Source of the DNA: an uncultured Prevotella sp.
GTDB taxonomy: Bacteria; Bacteroidota; Bacteroidia; Bacteroidales; Bacteroidaceae
DNA length: 64,000 nucleotides
Assembly (NCBI GenBank): GCA_902495455.1
Contig: CABUXJ010000010.1
Location: 15,166 to 79,165 of the forward strand
Direction of reading: 5' to 3'
Shown: positions 19,910 to 29,708 of the stretch, piece after piece
How positions within the stretch are numbered: the first letter of the stretch is position 1
How the letters are laid out: each line of letters opens with the position of its first letter
Translations under genes and position numbers: made by a program
Notes under the pieces: generated by a model
Told to the model about the DNA's origin: nothing
Databases searched by the model: none
Seen by the model: the letters and a program-made list of their open reading frames with translations, nothing else

Positions 19910-20995
19910 TCACTTCTCGCTGAACAGCACCTGTATCACCGTCTGCCCCACGGCCTGCAGTGTTCCGCGGTCGATATGTGCCATGTCGTCGTTGACGGTG
20001 TGCCATGTCGGGCCGAACGAGCTTGCCTCGCAGTCCGGATAATACGGTATGATGTCGATGGTAGGGATGCCGGCGATGCGGTTCACGGGCACGTGGTCAT
20101 CGTTGACGCCGCCGCCGTCGGTTGCCGGGAATATGTTGCCGTAGCCTATCGCTGCCGCTGCCGCCCACACCTTGTCGACGATTGCCGGTGCGAAATGCTT
20201 CGAGACGAGTTCCTTGTGGAACCGCGCCTCACTGCCGCCGACCATGTCGAGCAGTATGCCGTAGCGTGCCTCGTAGCCTTGGCGATGCGGATTTGCCGCC
20301 CAGTGTTGTGCTCCCAAGGCCCATGTGTCACTGTCGTCGCCTGTCGATTCGACCCACTGGGGCGTCCCCCAGTCTTCCGCGTCGAAGCAGACGAAGTCCA
20401 CTCCGAGGGCGAGCGAGTCGCCTCCGGCTATGAGCCGGGCCAGTTCGAGCATCACCGCTATGCCGCTCGCGCCGTCATTTGCCGCCATGACAGGCTTCCG
20501 CCAGTTGGCTTCGTCAGGATCGTTGTCCGCCCACGGCCGGCTGTCCCAATGGGCGCAAAGGAGTATGCGTGTGGTCTCCTCGGGCCGATAGCTTGCTATT
20601 ATGTTCTTGCAGCGTAGCGGCGTGCCGTCATATCCCTTGACGGTGGCGTTCTGTTCGATGACTTCGAGGCCGTAGCCGCGGAACTTTCCGGCTATCCACT
20701 GTCCGCAGCTGTCGTGCGCCGCACTGTTCATCGTGCGCGGGCCGAAGGCACATTGTGCCTCGCAGAAGGCATAGGCACTGTCGGCGCAGAACGTCGGGCC
20801 GACTGGTTGGACACTCTCCGAGCCTACTGAAGAGGATTTCTTATTGCTGCAACTGATGAGACATAGCAGAACTAAGACCCACCCCAACTCTCCCGAAAGG
20901 AGGGAGCCTGATATGTCTTTGAGGCTTCTCAAAGCGGATTTGGGTCTCCGTGTCTCTGTGTCTCTGTGTTCTGAAAACGAAAATATATTGTTCAT
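19910..20995 (-). CDS. M28-family peptidase / glutaminyl-cyclase-like lipoprotein
   Basis: Lipobox LISC; AHWDSRP, ANDGASG, FDAEDWG, LLDMVG, DDH, WHT. Confidence 0.88.
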   Translation of the reverse strand: MNNIFSFSEHRDTETRRPKSALRSLKDISGSLLSGELGWVLVLLCLISCSNKKSSSVGSESVQPVGPTFCADSAYAFCEAQCAFGPRTMNSAAHDSCGQWIAGKFRGYGLEVIEQNATVKGYDGTPLRCKNIIASYRPEETTRILLCAHWDSRPWADNDPDEANWRKPVMAANDGASGIAVMLELARLIAGGDSLALGVDFVCFDAEDWGTPQWVESTGDDSDTWALGAQHWAANPHRQGYEARYGILLDMVGGSEARFHKELVSKHFAPAIVDKVWAAAAAIGYGNIFPATDGGGVNDDHVPVNRIAGIPTIDIIPYYPDCEASSFGPTWHTVNDDMAHIDRGTLQAVGQTVIQVLFSEK

Positions 20996-21098
20996 TTGAT
21001 TGTCTTCGCTTTATATCAATAATGTATCAGATTACATTTTAAACGTATCCGATGATGCTCTTTTATGTATCAGACAACATTTAATATCCCGTTTCCGG

Positions 21099-22994
21099 TC
21101 ACTTTCCGCCTTCGCGGGACCGCTGTACGATGGTCATGATGCGCAGGAAGTTGCCTCCCCATATCTTCCGGATGTCGCGTTCGCTGTACCGGCGGGCTAA
21201 AAGCTGTCGCGTGAAGTTGATAATTTCCGACGAGTCGGCCATGCCGCGGATGCCTCCGTCGCCGTCGAAGTCGGTACCGATGCCCACGTGGTCGATGCCC
21301 ATCACGGCGATGGCGTGTTCCAGATGGGCGATGACGTCGGTGATGTCGGCCTCTCCCGCCGTGCGCAGGAATCCGTGATAGAGCGTCGTCTGGGCCACTC
21401 CGCCGCTCTTGGCGAGCGCGCGCATCTGGTCGTCGGTGAGGTTGCGTGGATGGTCGCACAGGGCGCGGGCGCTGCTGTGGCTGCACACTATCGGTGTGGC
21501 GCTCATCTCGATGGCGTCATAGAAGCTCTTTTCCGAAGCGTGGCTGAGGTCGACCATGATGCCCTGACGGTTCATCTCGCGTATGACCTGCTCGCCGAAA
21601 CGGCTCACTCCGTTGTGTGTGTTGCATCCGCGGGCACTGTCGCAGATGTCGTTGTCGCCGTTGTGGCATAGTGTGATGTAGACCACGCCGCGCTGTGCGA
21701 AATGCTTTATAGTCGCCGCCGAGCCCTCGAGAGCCAGTCCGTTTTCGATGCCGAGCATGATGGAGCGGCGTCCGCGCCGTTTGTCCTCGTAGAGATCGGC
21801 AGGCGTGCGGGCTATGCTGAGGTAGTCCTTGTTGTTGCGGACGATGTCTTCTATCTTGTCGAATATGAGGTCGGCATATTCCGTCGGGCCGCTGACATCA
21901 AAATAGACCTTCTCCGAAAACTTCTCGCCAATCTTCGGTTGCGGCAGATAGGCCACCATGATGGTCGCGTCCTGCCGTCCTTCGGTCATCTTGTGGAGGT
22001 CGACGAGCAGCTGCGGGTCGCGGTGGTCAAATCTCACCCCTTTCGGGAAGAACATCGGCGTGTCGCAGTGGGTGTCGAGCGTGAGCACACGTTCGTGCAC
22101 GTCGCAGGCCTCGCGAAAAGCCGCCGCCTGTCTGACAAGCCACCGGAAGAGCGGCTGTCCGTTGTCGCCGAGACATTCCGGATGCCACTGCACGCCCATG
22201 ATGGACTTATATTCGCTGCTCTCGATGGCCTCAATCACACCGTCCGGCGCCACAGCCGTGACGCGGAAACGCCGGCCCGGGTCGCTCACCGCCTGATGGT
22301 GAAACGAGTTGACGGCGATGCGTCCGCTATTATATAATGTATATAGTGTGCTGTCGCCGTCGATGATGACCGTGTGTGTCGGTTCGCTGCGGTCGGCTGT
22401 TTGGGAGTGTTTGATACTCGAGGAGAGAGGAGTGTGGAGGGTGGATGGAGAAATGTCTGCGTTGCTTGTGGTTTTGTTGCTTCCCAAGCCTATGCCCAAG
22501 CCTTTTTTATTAAGGCTATTCTCACTCCTCACTCCACACTCCTCCCTCCTCCCTCCACACTCTATATCCTGTGCCACCCTGCCGTCCAGCGCCATAGCCA
22601 GTGTCTGTATGCCGCGGCAGATGCCGAGCATCGGTATCTGGCGGTTGTATGCCAGTCGCGTGATGAGCAGTTCCGGCAGGTCGCGCTTGCTGCAGATGCC
22701 GCCGAGGCGTGGTGACGGTTCTTCGCCGCAGTAGAGCGGGTTGTAGTCGGCCCCGCCGCTGAGCAGCAGTCCGTCGATGTGTTCCAGTGTGTTGATGATG
22801 ACGTCCTTGTCGGCCACCGGCGGTATGATGACGGGCACGCCACCGGCCGCCACCACCGACTCGTAGTAGCCTTCGGCGATGCGGCTTGTAGCCTCGTCAT
22901 AGTTGGCCGTGATGCCGATGACGGGCTTGCGCTTCGCTTCCGGATATGTCGCGTAGATGTCATTCAGGCGCGACTGCCAGTCAAAACGATTCAT
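21099..22994 (-). CDS. Fusion of C26 gamma-glutamyl hydrolase (PuuD-like) and M19 membrane dipeptidase
   Basis: GICRG, NSFHHQAV, GVQWHPE, then DTHCD, DLSH, SHSS, GIGTDFDG. Confidence 0.9.
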   Translation of the reverse strand: MNRFDWQSRLNDIYATYPEAKRKPVIGITANYDEATSRIAEGYYESVVAAGGVPVIIPPVADKDVIINTLEHIDGLLLSGGADYNPLYCGEEPSPRLGGICSKRDLPELLITRLAYNRQIPMLGICRGIQTLAMALDGRVAQDIECGGRREECGVRSENSLNKKGLGIGLGSNKTTSNADISPSTLHTPLSSSIKHSQTADRSEPTHTVIIDGDSTLYTLYNSGRIAVNSFHHQAVSDPGRRFRVTAVAPDGVIEAIESSEYKSIMGVQWHPECLGDNGQPLFRWLVRQAAAFREACDVHERVLTLDTHCDTPMFFPKGVRFDHRDPQLLVDLHKMTEGRQDATIMVAYLPQPKIGEKFSEKVYFDVSGPTEYADLIFDKIEDIVRNNKDYLSIARTPADLYEDKRRGRRSIMLGIENGLALEGSAATIKHFAQRGVVYITLCHNGDNDICDSARGCNTHNGVSRFGEQVIREMNRQGIMVDLSHASEKSFYDAIEMSATPIVCSHSSARALCDHPRNLTDDQMRALAKSGGVAQTTLYHGFLRTAGEADITDVIAHLEHAIAVMGIDHVGIGTDFDGDGGIRGMADSSEIINFTRQLLARRYSERDIRKIWGGNFLRIMTIVQRSREGGK

Positions 22995-23035
22995 GATTGT
23001 GCATTAATGGTTTGGCCTGTCGTGACGGTCTGTTG

Positions 23036-23503
23036 TCAGTCGACCTTGACCGGTATTTCGCGCTTGATGCTCTGTTCGAGCGAGATGAGAGTCTCCGTCG
23101 CCACGACGCCGGGGATGTCCTGGAGCTGTCCGTTGAGCAAGTGCATGAGTTGCTCGTTGTCGCGTGCGAAGAGTTTGACGAGCATGGTGTAGGGACCGGT
23201 GGTGAAGTGGCACTCGACGATTTCGGGTATGTGCACGAGTCGTTCGACGACCTCTTTGTACATGCTGCCGCGCTCGAGCGTGATGCCGACGTATGTGCAT
23301 GTGGTATATCCGAGACTTCTCGGATTGACGTCAAATCCGCTACCCATGATGACGTTGCCGTCGATGAGGTGCTGCACGCGCTGGTGGATGGCTGCGCGTG
23401 ACACGTTGCACTCAGCCGCAACATCCTTGAACGGGATGCGTGCGTTCTTGGACAGGATGCTCAAGATCTTCTTGTCCAGATTGTCTATCTTTTCTGTTGC
23501 CAT
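23036..23503 (-). CDS. Lrp/AsnC-family transcriptional regulator
   Basis: IDNLDKKILSIL..NARIPF HTH and EIVECHFTTG. Confidence 0.93.
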   Translation of the reverse strand: MATEKIDNLDKKILSILSKNARIPFKDVAAECNVSRAAIHQRVQHLIDGNVIMGSGFDVNPRSLGYTTCTYVGITLERGSMYKEVVERLVHIPEIVECHFTTGPYTMLVKLFARDNEQLMHLLNGQLQDIPGVVATETLISLEQSIKREIPVKVD

Positions 23504-23530
23504 GATGTGTGATTGTATTCAAATAGTTAG

Positions 23531-23538
23531 CAAAAGTA
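23531..23538 (-). promoter_or_regulatory. Bacteroidetes -7 promoter box for the Lrp/AsnC gene
   Basis: TACTTTTG on the minus strand. Confidence 0.5.
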
Positions 23539-23710
23539 CATATTTTTATTGAAGCTTACAACATATTGTCACCGAAAAAATGTGAAAACAGTGCAAAATG
23601 GTTACAAAAAGCAAAAACAGTCCTACTACAAACCACATACAAACCCACCCCAACCCTCCCGAAGGGAGGGAGCTTGAATACCTTAAAGTATATCAGACGA
23701 GAGGGTTGCA

Positions 23711-23900
23711 GAACTCATTTGTAAGCCTTTAAGTGGGGTATTCTCAGTCCCCTCCTTCCGAAGGAGGGGTTAGGGGTGGTTAGTCATATTCTGTTATCTA
23801 AAGTGATGATTTATAGAATGTTATTGTTTAACCACCCCTAACCCCTCCTTCGGAAGGAGGGGACTGAGATTACCCCACATAAAGACTTCCGGATGAGTTC
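23711..23900. repeat. Long palindrome with CCCCTCCTTCCGAAGGAGGGG hairpins (R1 variant)
   Basis: About 70-bp inverted arms GAACTCAT...GGGGTGGTTA / TAACCACCCC...ATGAGTTC. Confidence 0.85.
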
Positions 23901-24037
23901 ACTTTTTGATACCGAATTTTGATACACCCACTACGAGTATTAACGACTACAAAAGTAAGAAAAAAAATCCGTATTAGTGACGGCGGGAGGGATAAAATTT
24001 ATCAGTCCAGCTGACACCCACCTAAGACCACCTAAAA

Positions 24038-24157
24038 CCTAAAACCCACCCCAACCCTCCCAAAGGGAGGGAGCTTGATATGCCTTGTTGTCTTCCTTCA
24101 CCTCCCCCGAGAGTATCTAAGCTCCCTCCCTTCGGGAGGGTTGGGGTGGGTTTTAGG
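24038..24157. repeat. R1 REP-like doublet
   Basis: ACCCACCCCAACCCTCCC(G/A)AAGGGAGGGAG and its reverse complement; half copies near 20877, 23643, 39749 and 51545. Confidence 0.9.
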
Positions 24158-24209
24158 TGGGTCTTTGATGGGTCTTAGGGCTTGGCATCTAAAGTGTTAA
24201 AAACTCAGA

Positions 24210-24470
24210 ACTATCTTTACAAACGCCTCAAAAAACGCGCATGATTTGGAAAAATCCCGCCCTCGGGCCAAAATTTACGATTTTCCGGCGGTTTTTATAA
24301 CATGCTGACAATCAGTAAAATACGCAAGATTGAAAGATTATTACATATCGGGCGCCTTGCCGTAAGAGCCCCGTTGGTCTGCAACGGGGCCCTCGTTGCA
24401 TTGCGACGGCGTGCCCGTTGCATGACAACAACCATGCCGTTGCGATGCAATAAGGCCCTTACGGCTCGGC
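24210..24470 (+). repeat. Diverged or partial relative of element L
   Basis: TATCTTTACAAA start after an R1 doublet, GCAACGGGGCCC core, GCAATAAGGCCCTTACGG. Confidence 0.55.
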
Positions 24471-24797
24471 CGCCAAAATTTTTCGGTCGGGAAACGACGT
24501 GGTGATGTTAAAATCACGGCGTTTTTGTCTCAATTTTGAAGGAAAGCGAAATGTTAAAAATTTGATATTATCCTGACGTTTCCGCATCACTTCCGTCACG
24601 CAGCGATGGTGTCACGGTGATAACGGAGTGTCTTTTGAAATCTTATTTTCGGGCCTGAATTGTGATTTGTAAGCATATCGTGTGGGTTTAATTACAATAC
24701 CGAATTAAAACAGTCTGATATTTGCGGGATTGTAATCAAACGTTCGAAGTGTTGTTTTATCCGTATCGCGGTGTTGTCATAATGCAACATTTATTAG

Positions 24798-24805
24798 TAC
24801 TTTTG
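24798..24805 (+). promoter_or_regulatory. Bacteroidetes -7 promoter box for gltBD
   Basis: TACTTTTG, about 40 nt upstream of the ATG. Confidence 0.55.
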
Positions 24806-24845
24806 CAAACAAAACGTAAGTCATTCGACGGTTAAGACAAACTTA

Positions 24846-27800
24846 ATGCAACTAAATATGGTAAATGGATTGTACAATGCCGACTATGAGCACGATGCGT
24901 GCGGCGTCGGCATGGTGGTCAACATTCACGGTAACAAGAGCCACGAACTGGTCGACAACGCCCTGAAGGTGTTGGAGAACATGCGCCATCGTGGCGCGGA
25001 GGGCGCCGACAACAAGACCGGCGATGGAGCGGGCATCATGCTCCAGATACCCCATGAGTTTATCCTCCTGCAGGGCATCCCCGTCCCCGAGAAGGGCAAG
25101 TACGGCACGGGCCTCGTCTTTCTGCCCAAGGACGAGGCGGAACAGCAGAAGATTCTCTCGGTCATGATTGAGGAGATTGAGCGCGAGGGGCTCTCGCTGA
25201 TGCACCTGCGCACGGTCCCGACCAACCCCGAATGTCTCGGACAGTCGGCGCTCGACAGCGAGCCTGCCATACGTCAGGTGTTCGTCACGGGCGTGACCGA
25301 CGACCGGGTGCCTGTCTTCGAGCGTACATTATATATAATACGCAAGCGCATCGAGCGCCGTGTCCGTCACAAAGATTTCTACATCTGCTCGCTTTCGAGC
25401 CGCAACATCGTCTATAAGGGCATGCTCTCAAGCATGCAGGTGAGGCAGTATTTCCCCGACCTGACCAACAGCTACTTCACCAGCGGCCTCGCCCTCGTCC
25501 ACTCCCGCTTCTCAACCAACACATTCCCCACATGGAGTCTCGCCCAGCCGTTCCGCCTTCTGGCCCACAACGGCGAGATCAACACCATCCGCGGCAACCG
25601 CGGCTGGATGAAGGCGCGTGAGAGCGTGCTCAGTTCCGAGGCGCTCGGCGACATCCGCGACATATCCCCCATCGTACAGCCCGACATGAGCGACTCGGCC
25701 AGTCTGGACAATGTGCTGGAGTTTTTCGTCATGAGCGGACTCTCGCTGCCCCACGCCATGAGCGTGCTCGTTCCCGAGAGTTTCAACGACAAGAATCCCA
25801 TATCCGAGGACCTGAAGGCTTTCTTCGAGTACCATTCCATCCTGATGGAACCGTGGGACGGTCCGGCGGCACTGCTCTTCAGCGACGGCCGTTATGCCGG
25901 CGGCATGCTCGACCGTAACGGTCTGCGCCCGGCGCGCTACACCATCACCACAAAGGACATGATGGTCGTGGCGTCGGAGGTCGGCGTGATGGACTTCGAC
26001 CCGGGCGAGATAGCCGAGAAGGGGCGTCTGCAGCCGGGCAAGCTGCTGCTCATCGACACGCAGGAGGGCCGCATCTACTACGACGGCGAAATCAAGGAGC
26101 GGCTCGCCGCCGAACATCCTTACCGCCGGTGGCTCTCCACCAACCGCATACAGTTGGAGAAACTCCGCAGCGGACGCAAGGTGCGCAATGACGTGGACAA
26201 TCTTCTTGAGCACGAACTCATGTTCGGCTACGGTGCCGAGGACATCGACAGCACCATCGTTCCGATGTGCGTTGGCGGTCAGGAACCGACGGCGGCGATG
26301 GGCAACGACACGCCTTTGGCCGTATTGTCGGACCGTCCGCAGCTGCTGTTCAACTATTTCCGCCAGCAGTTCGCGCAGGTGACCAACCCCGCCATCGACT
26401 CCATCCGCGAAAATCTCGTCATGTCGCTGACCGAATATATCGGCCGCGTGGGCTCGGGCATCCTCAATCCGGACGAGTCAAACTGCAAGATGGTGCGCCT
26501 GCCCCACCCCATTCTGAACAACACTCAGCTCGACATACTCTGCAACATTCGCTACAAGGGCTTCAACACCGTCAAGCTCCCCATACTCTTCGAGTGCTCG
26601 AAGGGCGAAGACGGTCTGCGCGACGCGCTCGACGCGCTGTGCAAGGAGGCTGAGCGGAGCGTCGACGCGGGCTACAACTACATCATCCTGACCGACCGCG
26701 ACATCGACCGTGACCACGCCGCCATACCATCGCTGCTGGCCGTGAGCGCCGTCCACCACTATCTCATCTCCGTCGGCAAGCGCGTCCAGACGGCACTGAT
26801 CGTCGAGAGCGGCGAGATACGCGAGACGATGCACGCCGCCCTGCTGCTCGGTTACGGTGCGTCGGCGCTGTGTCCGTATATGGCCTTCGCCATACTCGAC
26901 GACCTCGTCCGGCGCGGCAAGATACAGGAAAACTATGAGACGGCCGAGGCCAACTACATAAAGGCGCTCAAGAAAGCCCTGCTGAAGATCATGGCGAAGA
27001 TGGGCATATCGACCATCCGCAGCTATCGCGGTGCGAAGATATTCGAGAGCATCGGTCTCTCCGAAAGCCTCCTGAAGACCTATTTCGGCACGGAGATGTC
27101 GACCATCGGCGGCATCGGACTGGAGACGATAGCGAGGGATGCCATCAGAAGAGTGGGCGGGGGGACCCCGGAGGGGGGCTTCCTTCCCAACCACGGCCAG
27201 TTCCACTGGCGCCGCGACGGCATACGCCACGCCTGGAATCCCGAGACGATTGCGACGCTCCAGCTCGCCACGCGCACGGGAAGCTACGAGAAGTATAAGG
27301 AGTTCACGCGGCTTGTCGACGGAAAGGACAAACCCATCTTCATCCGCGACTTCTTCAGCTTCCGCCGCAACCCCATCAACATCGACAAGGTTGAGCCGGT
27401 CGAGGCCATCATGAAACACTTCGTCGTGGGCGCCATGAGCTTCGGAGCGCTCAGCAAGGAGGCCCACGAGGCCATCGCGCTGGCCATGAACAAGATCGGC
27501 GGGCGCTCCAACACGGGCGAGGGCGGTGAGGACAGCGAGCGTTTCGCCGCGACGCGCGACGGCATATCGCTGTCGTCGAAGACAAAACAGGTGGCTTCGG
27601 GACGCTTCGGCGTGACGACGGAATATCTCGTCAACGCCGAAGAGATTCAGATAAAGGTCGCCCAAGGGGCCAAGCCGGGCGAGGGCGGACAGCTGCCGGG
27701 ATTTAAGGTCAACGAGGTCATCGCCCGCACGCGCCACTCCATTCCCGGCATATCGCTCATCTCGCCGCCGCCCCACCACGACATCTACTCAATCGAAGAC

Positions 27801-29432
27801 CTCGCCCAACTCATCTTCGACCTGAAGAACGTCAACCCCAAGGCTGCCATCAGCGTCAAGCTCGTGGCCGAGAGTGGCGTGGGAACGATTGCCGCAGGCG
27901 TGGCCAAGGCCAAGGCCGACCTCATCGTCATCTCCGGTGCGGAGGGCGGAACGGGTGCCAGTCCGGCGTCGAGCATGCGCTTTGCGGGCATCTCGCCGGA
28001 GATCGGACTGAGCGAGACGCAGCAGACGCTCGTCATGAACGGACTGCGCGGACAAGTCCGTCTGCAGGTCGACGGCCAGCTGAAGACCGGCCGCGACGTC
28101 GTATTGATGGCGTTGCTCGGTGCCGAGGAGTTCAGTTTCGGTACGCTGGCGCTCATCGTGCTCGGTTGTGTGATGATGCGTAAGTGCAATCTCAACACCT
28201 GCCCGATGGGCGTGGCGACGCAGAACCCCGAACTGCGCAAGCATTTCATGGGCCGCTATGAATATCTCGTCAACTATTTCACTTTCCTCGCCCGGGAAGT
28301 GCGCGAGTATCTGGCCGAGATGGGATACACCCGGCTGGAGGACATCGTGGGCCGGACAGAGCTAGTGGCTACGGCCCCCCTCAATCCCCCCAAGGGGGGA
28401 AGACCTGCGGCTTCCAACAGTACTTCTTCTTCGGTATCGGGAGAATCAGACACTGCGGGTTCATACCCAGTTTCAAGCACTTCATCCCCCCTTGGGGGGA
28501 TTGAGGGGGGCCGTGGCCTCGACTTCACCCGTCTTCTACACCGTGTCGACAACGGCAACGCCATCCACCACGTGGCCGACATACCCGCCGACCTCGACGA
28601 CGTGCTCGACAGCCGTATCATCCATTCGGCACAGCGCGCCATTGAGATGCAGGAGGAGGTGAATCTCGACTACGCCATCAAGAACACCGACCGCGCCGCG
28701 GGCGTCATGCTCAGCGGACTCATCGCGCGCCACTACGGTGGCGACGGACTGCCCGACAGCACCGTCAATGTCAAGTTCAAGGGTTCAGCCGGCCAGAGCT
28801 TCGGAGCGTTCCTCGTCAAGGGTGTCAGCTTCAAGCTCGAAGGCGAGGCCAACGACTACTTCGGCAAGGGACTCAGCGGCGGCCGCATCGCGATACTCCC
28901 GCCGGTGCGCAGCAACTTCTCCGCCGAGGACAACATCATCGCCGGCAACACCGGTCTCTACGGCGCGACGAGCGGCGAGCTCTATGTCAACGGCAAGGTG
29001 GGCGAGCGCTTCGGCGTGCGCAACTCAGGCGCGATAGCCGTCATCGAGGGCGCGGGCGACCACTGCTGCGAGTATATGACGGGCGGCCGCGTGGTCGTGC
29101 TCGGCGAGACGGGCCGCAACTTCGCCGCCGGAATGAGCGGCGGTGTGGCCTACGTGTGGGACAAGAACCACAACTTCGACTACTTCTGCAACATGGATAT
29201 GGTCGAGATCAACCTCGTCGAGGACAGCAGCTACCGCAAGGAGCTTCATGAGCTCATCCGCCAGCACTATCTCTACACGGGTTCGAAGCTGGCCCGCACG
29301 ATGCTCGACGATTGGAACCGCTACGTCGGCGACTTCATCCAGGTCGTGCCGATAGAGTACAAGCGTGTGCTGCAGGAGGAGCAGATGAACAAGCTGAAGC
29401 AGAAGATAGCGGACATGCAGAGAGATTATTGA
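24846..29432 (+). CDS. gltB: Glutamate synthase large subunit
   Basis: HDACGVG, HSRFSTNT, HNGEINT, QGAKPGEGGQLPG, C..C...CP, GXGXG C-terminal domain. Confidence 0.98.
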   Translation: MQLNMVNGLYNADYEHDACGVGMVVNIHGNKSHELVDNALKVLENMRHRGAEGADNKTGDGAGIMLQIPHEFILLQGIPVPEKGKYGTGLVFLPKDEAEQQKILSVMIEEIEREGLSLMHLRTVPTNPECLGQSALDSEPAIRQVFVTGVTDDRVPVFERTLYIIRKRIERRVRHKDFYICSLSSRNIVYKGMLSSMQVRQYFPDLTNSYFTSGLALVHSRFSTNTFPTWSLAQPFRLLAHNGEINTIRGNRGWMKARESVLSSEALGDIRDISPIVQPDMSDSASLDNVLEFFVMSGLSLPHAMSVLVPESFNDKNPISEDLKAFFEYHSILMEPWDGPAALLFSDGRYAGGMLDRNGLRPARYTITTKDMMVVASEVGVMDFDPGEIAEKGRLQPGKLLLIDTQEGRIYYDGEIKERLAAEHPYRRWLSTNRIQLEKLRSGRKVRNDVDNLLEHELMFGYGAEDIDSTIVPMCVGGQEPTAAMGNDTPLAVLSDRPQLLFNYFRQQFAQVTNPAIDSIRENLVMSLTEYIGRVGSGILNPDESNCKMVRLPHPILNNTQLDILCNIRYKGFNTVKLPILFECSKGEDGLRDALDALCKEAERSVDAGYNYIILTDRDIDRDHAAIPSLLAVSAVHHYLISVGKRVQTALIVESGEIRETMHAALLLGYGASALCPYMAFAILDDLVRRGKIQENYETAEANYIKALKKALLKIMAKMGISTIRSYRGAKIFESIGLSESLLKTYFGTEMSTIGGIGLETIARDAIRRVGGGTPEGGFLPNHGQFHWRRDGIRHAWNPETIATLQLATRTGSYEKYKEFTRLVDGKDKPIFIRDFFSFRRNPINIDKVEPVEAIMKHFVVGAMSFGALSKEAHEAIALAMNKIGGRSNTGEGGEDSERFAATRDGISLSSKTKQVASGRFGVTTEYLVNAEEIQIKVAQGAKPGEGGQLPGFKVNEVIARTRHSIPGISLISPPPHHDIYSIEDLAQLIFDLKNVNPKAAISVKLVAESGVGTIAAGVAKAKADLIVISGAEGGTGASPASSMRFAGISPEIGLSETQQTLVMNGLRGQVRLQVDGQLKTGRDVVLMALLGAEEFSFGTLALIVLGCVMMRKCNLNTCPMGVATQNPELRKHFMGRYEYLVNYFTFLAREVREYLAEMGYTRLEDIVGRTELVATAPLNPPKGGRPAASNSTSSSVSGESDTAGSYPVSSTSSPLGGIEGGRGLDFTRLLHRVDNGNAIHHVADIPADLDDVLDSRIIHSAQRAIEMQEEVNLDYAIKNTDRAAGVMLSGLIARHYGGDGLPDSTVNVKFKGSAGQSFGAFLVKGVSFKLEGEANDYFGKGLSGGRIAILPPVRSNFSAEDNIIAGNTGLYGATSGELYVNGKVGERFGVRNSGAIAVIEGAGDHCCEYMTGGRVVVLGETGRNFAAGMSGGVAYVWDKNHNFDYFCNMDMVEINLVEDSSYRKELHELIRQHYLYTGSKLARTMLDDWNRYVGDFIQVVPIEYKRVLQEEQMNKLKQKIADMQRDY

Positions 29433-29697
29433 ATGGTGAATGTTGAATGATGAATGTTGAGTTGTCGGGCTTCGTCCGATGATGAATTATTGAATTATGA
29501 ATTATGGCTGCGGGAACACAATATCAAACACACAACTGGAGCACCGACGTAAATTCGTCATTCAATAATTCAACATCGGGCGAAGGCCGACAACTCAACA
29601 TTCATCATTCAACATTCACCATTCAATAATTCACCATTCAATAATTCACCATCGGCCTTTGGCCGACCAACTCATCATTCACCACTCACCATTCCTA
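29430..29697. repeat. Heptamer-armed long palindrome (R3), copy 2 with an extra arm
   Basis: TGAATGG/TGAATGT arms, hairpin TCGGGC-TTC-GTCCGA, plus a third arm containing ATCGGCCTTTGGCCGACCAACTCA as in copy 1. Confidence 0.9.
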
Positions 29698-29708
29698 ATT
29701 CAAAAGAT

